A DNA stretch of 64,000 bases from Nitrospirota bacterium (GCA_013388435.1 JACAFE010000030.1:65974-129973), one strand, 5' to 3'; numbered from the stretch's first letter, positions 22,230-32,180 are shown. Notes: a model not told the origin generated them from the sequence alone. Made by a program: numbers and translations.

Positions 22230-23156
22230 TTAAATAGTTGTTACTCCGTCTATTCTTTTAAGCCCTGCTTTTATTGCAAAATCTATTGCTTCTGCATATT
22301 CATTTTTTGTAATTCTTCTGTTTAAAGGAGGATGTTCAAAGGCTTTAAAACAGGGATGGTATTGATCCATAATATTTATATAAGTATTGCGTGAAATCTC
22401 ATTAGCAATAAAATTAACAATATTTTCAGTTCCGGCAATTCTTTCGGGCAATACTAAATGCCTTACAAGTAAACCTCTGAGAGCTATACCATACTTATTT
22501 GTGATTAAATCGCCTACTTGTCTATGCATTTCTTTTAATATTATTTTTGCATTTTCAGGGTAATTTCCTGCCTTAGAATATTTTTTTGCCATTTCAGAAT
22601 CCCAGAATTTAAAATCAGGCATATAAATATCAATAATACCTTCAAGAATTTGAATTGCCTGAAGAGACTCGTATCCTCCGCAATTATAAACAACTGGAAC
22701 TCTAAGTCCATTTTCAGAAGCTATCTTAATTGATTTAAGCAGCATTGGCATCTGATGTGTAGGTGTTACAAGATTGATATTATGACAGCCCTGATTCTGC
22801 AGCTCTATCATAATTTCAGCAACTCTTTCAAAAGTTGTCTCAACGCCCTCACCAAGATGACTGATTGAATAATTCTGACAGAAAATGCAGCCAAGATTAC
22901 AGTTGCCCATAAAAATTGTTCCTGAGCCAAAATTGCCAACAAGAGGTTTTTCTTCACCAAAATGGGCTCCATAGCTTGAGATAAAAGGTTTAACTCCTGT
23001 TTTGCAAAAACCTTTTTCTCCTGATGTTCTGTCAACCCTGCACTCTCTTGGACATAGGCTGCACTCTTTTAAAATTGAAAAAGCCTCTTCAATTTTATCT
23101 AAGAAAATACCAGGTGGCAATTGTAAATATGCAGGAACAAAAAAATCCTTTTCCAT
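22230..23156 (-). CDS. Radical SAM protein, PflX-like (COG1313-type)
   Basis: 308 aa. N-terminal CPRECRVDR...GFC cluster plus the radical SAM CNLGCIFCQN (CxxxCxxC) motif. Confidence 0.75.
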   Translation of the reverse strand: MEKDFFVPAYLQLPPGIFLDKIEEAFSILKECSLCPRECRVDRTSGEKGFCKTGVKPFISSYGAHFGEEKPLVGNFGSGTIFMGNCNLGCIFCQNYSISHLGEGVETTFERVAEIMIELQNQGCHNINLVTPTHQMPMLLKSIKIASENGLRVPVVYNCGGYESLQAIQILEGIIDIYMPDFKFWDSEMAKKYSKAGNYPENAKIILKEMHRQVGDLITNKYGIALRGLLVRHLVLPERIAGTENIVNFIANEISRNTYINIMDQYHPCFKAFEHPPLNRRITKNEYAEAIDFAIKAGLKRIDGVTTI

Positions 23157-23159
23157 ATT

Positions 23160-23425
23160 CTGTATTGTAATTTAGTTTACTGTTTTATCTCTGAGGCTTA
23201 TGCTTCGACTTCAGCCTCATTAAAAAAATACCCGTGATTTTATTTCATAAATTTAGTTATTGCAGACATACAACAGCTGTCCCTTTAATAAAAGGGGCGT
23301 TAAAACCCTCACTCTTTGCCTATAGCTTATAAACCTCTTCATTCCCCTTTGATAAGAGGAAATTTTGGTATCTCCTCTTTTTTAATAAGAATTGCACATT
23401 AAGAAGGTGAATGAAGAGTGTAAAA
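23160..23425. repeat. Possible degenerate, inverted relative of the intergenic repeat family seen at 38.8 and 56.2 kb
   Basis: The gene-free 266 bp contain attgcagacata (reverse complement of the tatgtctgcaat core of the family). They also contain cccctttgataagagg, which resembles ccccctttgtcaagggg, and a tgaggct...agcctca hairpin. The match is only patchy. Confidence 0.3.
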
Positions 23426-25078
23426 TTACAGCATAACTGCGCCGCTTCCTGCAGAGCTAACCAATTTTGCATAACGGGCAAGATAGCCTTTTGTTATTTT
23501 TGGTTTAATTGGTTTCCAGTTCTTCTTTCTTTCGTTTATTTCTTCTTCTGTTAACAATACATCTATTTTTCTGTTTGGTATGTCTATTCTTATCCTGTCA
23601 CCATCTCTTAAAACAGCAATTGTGCCGCCTTCCATTGCCTCGGGTGAAATATGCCCGATGCATGGGCCTCTTGTGCCACCAGAAAATCTTCCATCTGTGA
23701 TTAAAGCAACTGAATCACTCAACCCCATGCCTGCAATAGCTGCTGTTGGTGAGAGCATTTCTCTCATGCCAGGTCCTCCCTTTGGTCCTTCGTATCTTAT
23801 TACAACAACATTACCAGGCTTGATTTCTCCATTCATTATAGCTTTCATGCCCTCTTCTTCTGAATTAAAAACTTTTGCAGTGCCTTCAAATTTCATGGCA
23901 TGCTGACTTACCGCAGTTTGTTTAACCACAGAACCATCAGGAGCAATATTCCCTCTAAGTATAGCAATGCCCCCTTCTTTGTGATAAGGATTTTCTAATG
24001 GCCTGATAACGTTTTCATCAACAACTTCTGCCGAGTCTGCTATTTCATAAATTTTTTTACCGCTTACGGTTATATTATTATGTAAATTCTTTTTTAGTCT
24101 TTTAAGTAAGGCAGGGATTCCGCCAGCCCATTCTAGGTCCTCAAGATAATGAGTTCCTCCCGGAAGCATATTGGCTAAATGCGGTGTTTTCTTGCTTAGA
24201 ATATCAAATGTTTCCAGCGGAAGTTCAACTCCTGCGTCATGCGCAATAGCAGGTATGTGAAGAGCTGTATTTGTTGAACCGCCGAGAGCAAGGTCAGCCA
24301 TAATAGCATTTTCAAAAGATTCACGGGTCATAATTTTTCTTGCTGTTATTTTTTTCTTTATAAGTTCAACAATTTTAATTCCGCTTTCAAAAGCAATTCT
24401 CCTTTTATCTGCAGATATAGCAAGCGCTGTTGCACAATGCGGAAGACTCATACCCAATGATTCTGTTACACATGCCATTGTATTGGCTGTGTACATTCCC
24501 TGACATGAACCTGCACCCGGGCAGGCACACATTTCAAGAGATTCAAGCTCTTTATCTTTAATTAAACCTTTTTTATATTTACCGACAGCCTCAAAAGTAT
24601 CATTTACCAAAGATAGTCTTTTCCCCCTAAGATGACCTGACAACATAGGACCTGCTGTTACAACAATTGCGGGTATATCCAGTCTCCCTGCTGCCATTAA
24701 CATTCCGGGTGTTATCTTGTCGCAATTTGTGAGTAACACAAGTCCGTCAAACTGGTGTGCCTGAGTGATTGATTCCACCATATCTGCTATCAGTTCCCTT
24801 GAAGGAAGCGAATAATGCATTCCTTTATGCCCCATTGCAATACCGTCACAAATTCCTGGAATACCAAAAATAAAAGGATAACCGCCTCCTGTATGAATTC
24901 CTTTCTCAATAAATCTTTCAAGATCACGCATACCTATATGCCCCGGTATAATGTCCGTAAAACTTGAAGCAACACCAATAAATGGTTTTTTCATCTCTGT
25001 TTTGCATATCCCTGTCGCATAAAGTAGTGCTCTATGGGGAACTCTCTCTAAACCTTCTTTTATAGCTTTGCTTCTCAT
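23426..25078 (-). CDS. ilvD: Dihydroxy-acid dehydratase
   Basis: 550 aa with full-length family pattern, including [14 protein letters not shown] and [16 protein letters not shown]. Confidence 0.95.
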   Translation of the reverse strand: MRSKAIKEGLERVPHRALLYATGICKTEMKKPFIGVASSFTDIIPGHIGMRDLERFIEKGIHTGGGYPFIFGIPGICDGIAMGHKGMHYSLPSRELIADMVESITQAHQFDGLVLLTNCDKITPGMLMAAGRLDIPAIVVTAGPMLSGHLRGKRLSLVNDTFEAVGKYKKGLIKDKELESLEMCACPGAGSCQGMYTANTMACVTESLGMSLPHCATALAISADKRRIAFESGIKIVELIKKKITARKIMTRESFENAIMADLALGGSTNTALHIPAIAHDAGVELPLETFDILSKKTPHLANMLPGGTHYLEDLEWAGGIPALLKRLKKNLHNNITVSGKKIYEIADSAEVVDENVIRPLENPYHKEGGIAILRGNIAPDGSVVKQTAVSQHAMKFEGTAKVFNSEEEGMKAIMNGEIKPGNVVVIRYEGPKGGPGMREMLSPTAAIAGMGLSDSVALITDGRFSGGTRGPCIGHISPEAMEGGTIAVLRDGDRIRIDIPNRKIDVLLTEEEINERKKNWKPIKPKITKGYLARYAKLVSSAGSGAVML

Positions 25079-25110
25079 AATAATTCCTCCTTCAAATTAA
25101 ATAATAATTA

Positions 25111-25151
25111 AAATCCCCTCTTGAACTTTCTAAAAAAGAGCAAGAGGGGAT
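25111..25151 (-). terminator. Rho-independent terminator candidate downstream of the DUF465 gene
   Basis: 12-bp inverted repeat aatcccctcttg (25111-25122) / caagaggggatt (25140-25151), followed on the minus strand by a T/A-rich tract. Confidence 0.55.
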
Positions 25152-25171
25152 TTGATTCAATGCATATGTTT

Positions 25172-25402
25172 TTAATTTATTGAAACTGTTTTTTTGTATT
25201 CCCTTATCATCTCTGCCATACGGTCTTTTCTTAAAAGTTTTAATTTTTGTATCCGCTTTCTTTCCAGTTCTTCTTCAGGTGTAAGATAACGTTTACTGTC
25301 AATTTCTGCAAGCAGGCTGTCAAGATTTCTGTGTTCTTCACTAAGTCTTCTGAATTCCTCATTTTCTTTTTTTAAGGTTTCGGCAATTTCTTGTTCTTTC
25401 AA
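25172..25402 (-). CDS. DUF465 (YdcH-like) coiled-coil protein
   Basis: 76 aa. The pattern L..EH..LD..I...........EL...K..KL.LKD..... is typical of DUF465. Confidence 0.6.
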   Translation of the reverse strand: MKEQEIAETLKKENEEFRRLSEEHRNLDSLLAEIDSKRYLTPEEELERKRIQKLKLLRKDRMAEMIREYKKTVSIN

Positions 25403-25465
25403 TCTGGCCTCCTTTTAATATAAATTTAAAATATATATAAATTTAATTCTGCTCGTTTTTTAAAA

Positions 25466-26824
25466 TTATATATCCTTAATAATCCTTTCTGCAAGGTTTG
25501 AAGAATTCTCGATGCAATCATTTACTCCAATTCCCCTGAAGGCATTACCTGTTATATAGAAACCTTTGTAATTATTTAAAATGTCATCTATTTTTTTCAA
25601 TTTAAGGTCATGATTAATAAAATATTGTGGTATTCCTTTTCTATGAATATAAACTTTTGCAAAATCAGGCTCTGAATTAATACCCATTATTTTTCTTAAT
25701 TCATCCACTACTATATTAATTTGCTTTTCTTCATCCTGCTCTGCGAGTTCGGACATGCGCGCACCTCCGAGCATGGTTCTAAGCAAAACTTTGCCTTCAG
25801 GCGCTCTGTTTGGAAAAACACTTGAATCCCATAATGTGCCAAGAATTTTTCTGCCTTCTCTGTATGGAATAAGAAAACCGAAACCATCAAGAGGGTGAAT
25901 TATTTTTTCTCTTCTATATCCAAGACAAACAACAGAAATTGAAGGATAATAAATATCACGCAACAGAAGAGACAAACTTTTATCAAGATTATTTGTAAGC
26001 TCAGCCAATGCAAAAGCAGGAATTGCGCTGATAACAATTTTTGACTCAATTTTGGAGCCATCTGATAATAATATCGTATAAATGTCTTTATTTTTATCAA
26101 TTGAGACAGCCTGTGAACCTGTGCATAATCTTGAGCCTAAAAAATTTGTAAGTGAATTTATAATTGTTTCCATTCCATCCTGAAAAGAAGTCAAAACACC
26201 TCCTGGACCTGCACCTACTTTTTTACCTGTTTTTTTTGCTTCTTTCTGAAGTTTTATCATACCCCGAATAAGACTGCCATAATTTTGTTCCAGATTATAA
26301 ACTTTAGGAAAACAACTTTTTAGACTCATCTTTTCAGGATCTCCGGCAAAAATGCCTGAAGCCATTGGATCAATCAATTTTTCATAAGCTTCTTTGCCAA
26401 GCCTTCTTTTTGCGAAATCCGCGAGTGTCTCATCTTTACCAGTGCCTTTAGGTACGAATAATTCCCCGACAATTCTTAATCTGCCATATACACTTAAAAG
26501 GTCTGATTTAAAAAAAGATAAAGGTGATTCAGGCAACATTTTAAGTTTGCCATCTGAAAAAATAAAACGCTTTCTTGAATTATCATTGCTTCTTAAAGGA
26601 GCGAGCCCGAGCTTTTTAGAAAGCTCAAGAGTTTTAGGCCTGTTGTCAAGAAAACCATTCACCCCGCCTTCGCAGAGGAATCCATTAGTTTTATCTGTCC
26701 ATATTTTCCCACCAGCTTTTTTCTCTGACTCTATTACTGTAAGGTCAAGTGAAGGATTTTTCTCAAGAAGAAAGTACGCAAGTGAGAGTCCTGATATGCC
26801 AGCTCCAATAATAACAATTTTCAT
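25466..26824 (-). CDS. hemY: Protoporphyrinogen / coproporphyrinogen III oxidase (HemY family, FAD-dependent)
   Basis: 452 aa. N-terminal dinucleotide fold IVIIGAGISGLSLAY and a full-length HemY-like pattern ending GNAFRGIGVNDCI. Confidence 0.85.
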   Translation of the reverse strand: MKIVIIGAGISGLSLAYFLLEKNPSLDLTVIESEKKAGGKIWTDKTNGFLCEGGVNGFLDNRPKTLELSKKLGLAPLRSNDNSRKRFIFSDGKLKMLPESPLSFFKSDLLSVYGRLRIVGELFVPKGTGKDETLADFAKRRLGKEAYEKLIDPMASGIFAGDPEKMSLKSCFPKVYNLEQNYGSLIRGMIKLQKEAKKTGKKVGAGPGGVLTSFQDGMETIINSLTNFLGSRLCTGSQAVSIDKNKDIYTILLSDGSKIESKIVISAIPAFALAELTNNLDKSLSLLLRDIYYPSISVVCLGYRREKIIHPLDGFGFLIPYREGRKILGTLWDSSVFPNRAPEGKVLLRTMLGGARMSELAEQDEEKQINIVVDELRKIMGINSEPDFAKVYIHRKGIPQYFINHDLKLKKIDDILNNYKGFYITGNAFRGIGVNDCIENSSNLAERIIKDI

Positions 26825-26917
26825 ATATTATAAATTTTACCATAATTAGCGCATAACATGACAGAAAAACTAATCAGATGCTGAAGGCTTTTTTAATTTT
26901 ACAACTTCTGCATTGCT

Positions 26918-26940
26918 TCAATTGCATTTTTTGAGTTAAC
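26918..26940 (+). repeat. Short repeat motif TCAATTGCATTTTTTGAGTTAAC (copy 1 of 3)
   Basis: Shares the AATTGCATT-T-rich-G(G)TTAA core with 27146-27168 and 32181-32204. Confidence 0.35.
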
Positions 26941-27145
26941 TAAGTGGTAGGGAATATATATGGAATAGTTATAGGTAGCAGAATATAGAGTATAGTAAAT
27001 TTTGACGAGATAAAATATTAATCATATGCTAAATAATTCTTGACTTTCAGTCTTTAATTTATTATCTTAAAAATATTAGTATCAAATAGTTATATAATTT
27101 TATGGCAGTTAATTATTTAATCAAAAGATTATATTATTTTGGATT

Positions 27146-27168
27146 TTAATTGCATTTTTGGGTTAATT
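27146..27168 (+). repeat. Short repeat motif TTAATTGCATTTTTGGGTTAATT (copy 2 of 3)
   Basis: Preceded by TTTTGGAT. The copy at 32181 is preceded by TTTTGGGG and reads TTAATTGCATTATTTTGGTAAACT. Both are in direct orientation. Confidence 0.4.
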
Positions 27169-27279
27169 ATTTTATTCTGCTGTTATCACTCATCAGCAAG
27201 AAGGAGGTGGAAGCAAAGCATTGTTAGCATAGACGAAAGGGTGTCAGTTAAAATCTAAACATTTTAAAAAGGAGGCAGA

Positions 27280-27648
27280 ATGTTTAAAAAAACCAAAATA
27301 AAATACATCATAATGCTTACGATGGTTCTTCTAATTTCTTTATCAATAGCTCATGCAGAAGATAAAACAATGGTTGGAACTTTATCAGCAACAATGGATG
27401 AACAGAATAATACAGTAACAGCTATGTTTGTAGGCTATTGTGAAGGCGAACCTGTTATAATAGGTCCAACCACATGGTCAAGCTCTGTTCAAGAGTTTTC
27501 TAACGCAAGTGTGGAAGATATTGGCAATAAACTTTGCGGCAGCAGCAAATCAGTTAAGAAAATTACAAAATCAACCAAAACAAATAAGGATGTTGTTGCA
27601 GAAATCGTGGTTACTGCTCCAACTTCAGCTATTATAGTAGGCAGATAA
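27280..27648 (+). CDS. Small secreted hypothetical protein
   Basis: 122 aa. Strong RBS (AAGGAGG) 5 nt upstream and a signal peptide ending SIAHA-ED. I recognise no family. Confidence 0.55.
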   Translation: MFKKTKIKYIIMLTMVLLISLSIAHAEDKTMVGTLSATMDEQNNTVTAMFVGYCEGEPVIIGPTTWSSSVQEFSNASVEDIGNKLCGSSKSVKKITKSTKTNKDVVAEIVVTAPTSAIIVGR

Positions 27649-27716
27649 AAACTTTTTTTTAATACCTCTAATTTTAAAATATCAGAAGAAATTCTGTAAG
27701 GAGGATTTTTATTATT

Positions 27717-28001
27717 ATGTTCAATAAAAACCTGCGCAGTCATGAAAGAACGCCTTTTGTAGATTCCTTAGAATATTCTGTTGCTATAATGGATTTTAAC
27801 AGGTTAAAAGCTGTTGAAGATGTTGCAGTTGTAATTGATATGAGTAAAAAAGGTATGGGTATTTTAACAAACCAGCCGCTTAATGTTGGTAATGTGCTAA
27901 ATTTTAAAAAGAATAATAAAATACCATCTCATACCGCTGTTGTAAAATGGGCTAAAATGATAGACGAGACAACCTGCAGAGCAGGCATAAAATTTACTTA
28001 A
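27717..28001 (+). CDS. PilZ domain protein (c-di-GMP receptor type)
   Basis: 94 aa with RSHER (RxxxR) near the N-terminus and DMSKKGMG (D/NxSxxG) downstream, the two PilZ signature motifs. Confidence 0.7.
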   Translation: MFNKNLRSHERTPFVDSLEYSVAIMDFNRLKAVEDVAVVIDMSKKGMGILTNQPLNVGNVLNFKKNNKIPSHTAVVKWAKMIDETTCRAGIKFT

Positions 28002-28026
28002 CAAATTCAGGTATTCAAACTTTTAG

Positions 28027-29121
28027 TTAAACGAAAATCAAAGGACTTACAGAAATCTCAAGCGGTAATTTATATTTGCCAGGTTTTATGTTATCAGACA
28101 GAATAATTTTATATTTTAATTTCACCATTAAAGGGTCTCTTCCATGATATGGCTGAGAAGTCATGGCTCCTTCTGCGGTAACTTTAACTTCTTGATCTAA
28201 TCCTTCAATTAGTATTTCTCTGAAAGGTTCGGAGAGACCTTTAAAAACAACTATATATCCCGAAAGATTGTAATTTTGTATTTCTAATTGCGCTGCTGAA
28301 GGAAGCTCTATATAGCCGCGATTTATATCTTCAGAGCTTATTTCAATTTCAGTTGTATGGTAAATTATCTTTAAAGCGGTATGTGATTCAGTTGAACCTG
28401 AAACTGCAATATCAGTTTTATCTGCTGCCTGTGCTGTTATGAAAGGCGCAAAAATTAAAATTATTGTAAGCAAAGCACTAATGAGTTTATTCTGTAAATT
28501 AAGCGCCTTCGAAAGAGCTGTATTAGAAAGATAACCTTTTTGAACAAGAATATCTCCAATTTTTGCGGACGAATATTTCTGTTCCTCAAGAGCGTCTTCA
28601 AGTTGTTGTTCAGATATAAGTTCTGTTGTAACTAAAAGTTTCCCGAGTCTTAAGTTATTGATTTTATAAGGCTTCTCAGACTGGTTTTTCTGGAATAATA
28701 ATAAAGCCTCGAGCTGATTTTCAGTAATATATCCCAGTTTCACCAGAATACTGCCAAGTTTTTCGCCAGTGTTTTTTTGTATATTTAACGCAGTTTCAAG
28801 CTGTTGTTGGGTTATGTTACCTGCTTGAATTAACAGGCTTCCAAGTTGTTTTTTGATCCCCGCAGCAAGAGTTAATGCATCTTGAATACTTTTAATATTT
28901 TTGTTAATTTCTAAAACAGCCTTAAGTTCTAAAGGGTCAATCACACCCATACTGATGAGGATTTCACCAAGCATTTGGTTTGTTTTTATATGGGTTTGGA
29001 GTGCTTTTTCTAAGGATTCTTTTGAAATGATATTCCCGGACAAAAGAAACTGTCCAAGTTTAATTCCTTTAAAATCTTTCGTTTTTTTGACTGACATATC
29101 TATCCTTTCAGAGCCATCCAT
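28027..29121 (-). CDS. Single-pass membrane protein with three tandem MshEN/T2SSE_N-like modules and a C-terminal extracytoplasmic domain
   Basis: 364 aa. Six copies of a 24-residue motif ([KRQM][LI]Gxx[LI][LIV]xxGx[IL]xxxxLxxxLxxQ), arranged in three pairs. Each pair is separated by exactly 5 residues (IKTNQ, KNTGE, KYSSA). A TM helix (LISALLTIILIFAPFITAQA) and about 130 further residues follow. Confidence 0.65.
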   Translation of the reverse strand: MDGSERIDMSVKKTKDFKGIKLGQFLLSGNIISKESLEKALQTHIKTNQMLGEILISMGVIDPLELKAVLEINKNIKSIQDALTLAAGIKKQLGSLLIQAGNITQQQLETALNIQKNTGEKLGSILVKLGYITENQLEALLLFQKNQSEKPYKINNLRLGKLLVTTELISEQQLEDALEEQKYSSAKIGDILVQKGYLSNTALSKALNLQNKLISALLTIILIFAPFITAQAADKTDIAVSGSTESHTALKIIYHTTEIEISSEDINRGYIELPSAAQLEIQNYNLSGYIVVFKGLSEPFREILIEGLDQEVKVTAEGAMTSQPYHGRDPLMVKLKYKIILSDNIKPGKYKLPLEISVSPLIFV

Positions 29122-29279
29122 TTTTCCATCTCTAAATATTTTGCAAAAGTTTCATCATATTATATAATTTAATATAACCTAAACGTATGGCAAAATAAAT
29201 TTATTTTTTATCAGGTTTTTGGTTAAGTATTTTTTCTTAAAAAGTATAGAAAGTGTTAACCCTTAAATAAGGAGGCAAA

Positions 29280-32120
29280 ATGTTTTGGAGAAAAATAATC
29301 ATAGCTTTGGTAACATTTTTATTTCTCATTCCTGTGACAGCCTCTGGCTCATATACTGTTTTTGAATATCCATCTATACCTTTGTTTGATGAGAACAACG
29401 CAAATGGAAGTTTTAATGTTTTTATAGAGAGAAACGGCATCTGGGAAAATATAGGGAAGATGAGTTTTGATAAATATTACAGGCACAAAGAGCTGGATAT
29501 AACAGATTACGCTAACGAAAGCAAGATAAGGGTAAAACTCCGGAAACAGGGTGGAGGGATGGCACATATAGATTCAATTCTTTTAAATAATAAACAACCC
29601 TCTAAAGTTATTAATGCGGATATTTTAAAAAAGTTGATAAAAGATGACTTTGACGTAATAGATGCATCTGACAAAGAGATAGAAGTTGAATTTAATGTTC
29701 AACAAAAAGAAAAGGTAAGGCTTGGATTAACTGCAAGGATTGAGGGGAAGATAATAAGCGAGATACCCTTCCAATATCCTGTTTCAAACCTTTATAAGAA
29801 GATTGACAACGGAGCGGCCTTTTACAAATATAATCTAAATTCCAATGCAAATAGTGACAGGTTCTTTTTTAAGGAATACTCAGTAACAGGCTCAGGGCAT
29901 CCATCAGGCTATACATATGGTTGGTTAAGCAACGATGATAAGAACCTTTATGTAAAGATAGACTTTACACCTGACAATACAATGGATGGTGAAAAAGATT
30001 ATGCAAAGGTATATATAAAAACAGGTGAAGGGATAAAGGAATTCAAGGTATCAGAGAGAAACACAGATTGGGGCAAATCTGGATTTACATACACGGATAA
30101 GGTTGCCTATCAGCATAAGGTTTATGAGTTTAAAATACCATTAAAAGAACTGAACATAAATGATACTAAAGAGGCGACTACTTTAGAGCTCGCTTTTTCA
30201 GCTTATGGAACAGCAGCGCCTCCAGGCGGAGACTTTGACACAAATCTCAGGAAATATCTAATAGCATACAGTAAAAATTATGACATATATGGGCAATTTG
30301 TTTCTGAAAATGGTGCTGCTATTGGCTCTGAATTTGTTATATGTGATGCTACCGGACACCAACAAAGCGCGTCTGTTGCATACAACAGCAACACAAATCA
30401 ATATTTAGTGGTATGGACTGATTACAGAAATGGAAGTAACTACGATATTTATGGTCAGATAGTAAATGCAAACGGCACGTTATCTGGCTCTAATTTTACT
30501 ATTTCTAATAACATAGATAATCAATCTGAACCAAATATAACATATAACAGTACTACTAACCAATATCTTGTCGTGTGGACAGATTACACAAGTGGTTTTT
30601 CATTGGAGGTATCTGAACAGATTACGCTTGTTAATCCAAATATATATGGACAGATAGTAAACGCAGACGGCAGTCTTTATGGTTCAAATTTCGCTATCTG
30701 TAATAATGCAAAATCGCAGAAACATCCTTCAGTGGCATACAACAGCAACACAAATCAATATTTAGTGGCATGGACTGACTACAGAAATGGAAGTAAAACC
30801 GATATCTATGGTCAGATAGTAAATGCAAACAGTAGTCTTTATGGCTCTAATTTTGTTATTTCTAATAACCCAGAGAGTCAGTATGCTCCGGGAATAGCGT
30901 ATAACAGTAATACCAACCAATATCTTGTTGCATGGCATGATGATAGAAATACCGTTGACGTTGACATTTATGGACAACTAATTAATCCAAATGGAAGCCT
31001 TAGTGGAACTGAGTTTATTATTAGTAATGCGACAGGTAATCAATTTGATACCTCAGTAACTTATAGTGAAAATTTGGATAAATATTTTGTTGCATGGGTG
31101 GATTGTAGAAGTGAAAAATATTTTATTTATGGTCAATTTATTAATCCAGATGGAAGTTTATCAGGAAGTAATCTATTTATAGTCAATGTTGAGGTATTGT
31201 CTCCGCCACATGTTATATCAAATCCTTATTGTCCAAATTTTCTTGTAGGATTTTATGAGATAGAAAATGAAAAATATAACTGGTTATTATACGGCGATCC
31301 TTGTAAACATAATCTTTCAGTTACTAAAGATGGTACTGGCACAGGCTCAGTAGAAGCTTCAGGATGTTCACTTTCATGGTCCGGAAATACTGGTACGTGT
31401 TCAGCTGATAATAATAAATTAATAACTCTTTCTTCTACAGCAGATACAGGTTCAACATTTGATGGCTGGTCTGGTGGCACAGGTTCAGCAGGAAGTTGCA
31501 CAGGCACAGGGACTTGCACTTTTAATTTAAATTCTGATTCTTCTGTAACTGCAATATTTAACAGAATAGCTCCAATCTGTACATATACAATTAATCCCGT
31601 CAGTTCATCTGCCGGATATAAAGGTAAAAAAATAAGTGTAAAAGTAACAGCTACAGGAGAAAATTGCTCTGCGCCTTCTATAAGTTCTGCTGAGTCATGG
31701 TTAACAGGACAGGTTAAATCATTTGCGAAAAATAGAGGAATAGTTATTATAACAGTAATGGCAAATGGGAGTAGTACTTCAAGGACAGGGACTGTAAACA
31801 TAGGCGGACAAACATTTACAGTTACCCAATCAGGTGCACCTTGCAGAATCGCAAAGATAGTACCAACAAGCGCATTTTTCTTTAACACTGGAGGTGAAGG
31901 CAGTATATCTGTTACAGCTCCGGATAACTGCAAATGGATTGCAGGAACTGATTCTAAAACAACATGGGTAACAGTAAACACTGGAACTTCAGGCATTGGA
32001 GCTGGAACAATTACTTATACTGTAGCACCAAATTCAGGCGGCAAAAATAGAGCAGGGAAAATAATAGTAACATCTATTGAAAACAGCCGAAAAACGCATG
32101 TAATAAAGCAGATGAAATAA
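29280..32120 (+). CDS. Large secreted repeat protein: N-terminal unknown domain, about 6 blade-like repeats, InlB-B-repeat-like and two BACON/Ig-like C-terminal domains
   Basis: 946 aa. Signal/anchor sequence (IIIALVTFLFLIPVTASG). About 48-aa repeats [YLVxWTDYRNGSxxDIYGQIVNANGxLxGSNFxISNNxxxQxxPxVAYNSNTNQ]. C-terminal modules of the form C.Y.I.P...........V.V.A..C.W......W..........G.G.V.Y.V..N....R.G.I...G..F.V.Q. Confidence 0.7.
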   Translation: MFWRKIIIALVTFLFLIPVTASGSYTVFEYPSIPLFDENNANGSFNVFIERNGIWENIGKMSFDKYYRHKELDITDYANESKIRVKLRKQGGGMAHIDSILLNNKQPSKVINADILKKLIKDDFDVIDASDKEIEVEFNVQQKEKVRLGLTARIEGKIISEIPFQYPVSNLYKKIDNGAAFYKYNLNSNANSDRFFFKEYSVTGSGHPSGYTYGWLSNDDKNLYVKIDFTPDNTMDGEKDYAKVYIKTGEGIKEFKVSERNTDWGKSGFTYTDKVAYQHKVYEFKIPLKELNINDTKEATTLELAFSAYGTAAPPGGDFDTNLRKYLIAYSKNYDIYGQFVSENGAAIGSEFVICDATGHQQSASVAYNSNTNQYLVVWTDYRNGSNYDIYGQIVNANGTLSGSNFTISNNIDNQSEPNITYNSTTNQYLVVWTDYTSGFSLEVSEQITLVNPNIYGQIVNADGSLYGSNFAICNNAKSQKHPSVAYNSNTNQYLVAWTDYRNGSKTDIYGQIVNANSSLYGSNFVISNNPESQYAPGIAYNSNTNQYLVAWHDDRNTVDVDIYGQLINPNGSLSGTEFIISNATGNQFDTSVTYSENLDKYFVAWVDCRSEKYFIYGQFINPDGSLSGSNLFIVNVEVLSPPHVISNPYCPNFLVGFYEIENEKYNWLLYGDPCKHNLSVTKDGTGTGSVEASGCSLSWSGNTGTCSADNNKLITLSSTADTGSTFDGWSGGTGSAGSCTGTGTCTFNLNSDSSVTAIFNRIAPICTYTINPVSSSAGYKGKKISVKVTATGENCSAPSISSAESWLTGQVKSFAKNRGIVIITVMANGSSTSRTGTVNIGGQTFTVTQSGAPCRIAKIVPTSAFFFNTGGEGSISVTAPDNCKWIAGTDSKTTWVTVNTGTSGIGAGTITYTVAPNSGGKNRAGKIIVTSIENSRKTHVIKQMK
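30250..31200 (+). repeat. Intragenic tandem repeats (about 144-180 nt units) inside the 946-aa gene
   Basis: Two units, 30378-30480 and 30735-30835, are nearly identical at the nucleotide level (gcatacaacagcaacacaaatcaatatttagtgg[t/c]atggactga[t/c]tacagaaatggaagtaa...). Other units are more diverged. Confidence 0.8.
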
Positions 32121-32180
32121 TACTGATGCCTGATCTTCTATCTTCATAAAATAAATTTGTTTTTATTTGCTTTTTGGGGT

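Noticed and set aside
27139-27156. Possible sigma54 promoter (TGG...TTGCAT) in the repeated TTGGATTTTAATTGCAT motif; the same question applies at 32174-32190
   Set aside because: The GG-to-GC spacing is one nucleotide shorter than the TGGCAC-N5-TTGC consensus in both copies. One copy also lies in a convergent gap with no downstream gene.
31253-31996. 247-aa minus-strand ORF inside the 946-aa gene
   Set aside because: It lies entirely antisense to a gene with clear domain structure. Its translation is low-complexity (PVPV, VTV runs) with no start context. This is a typical shadow ORF.
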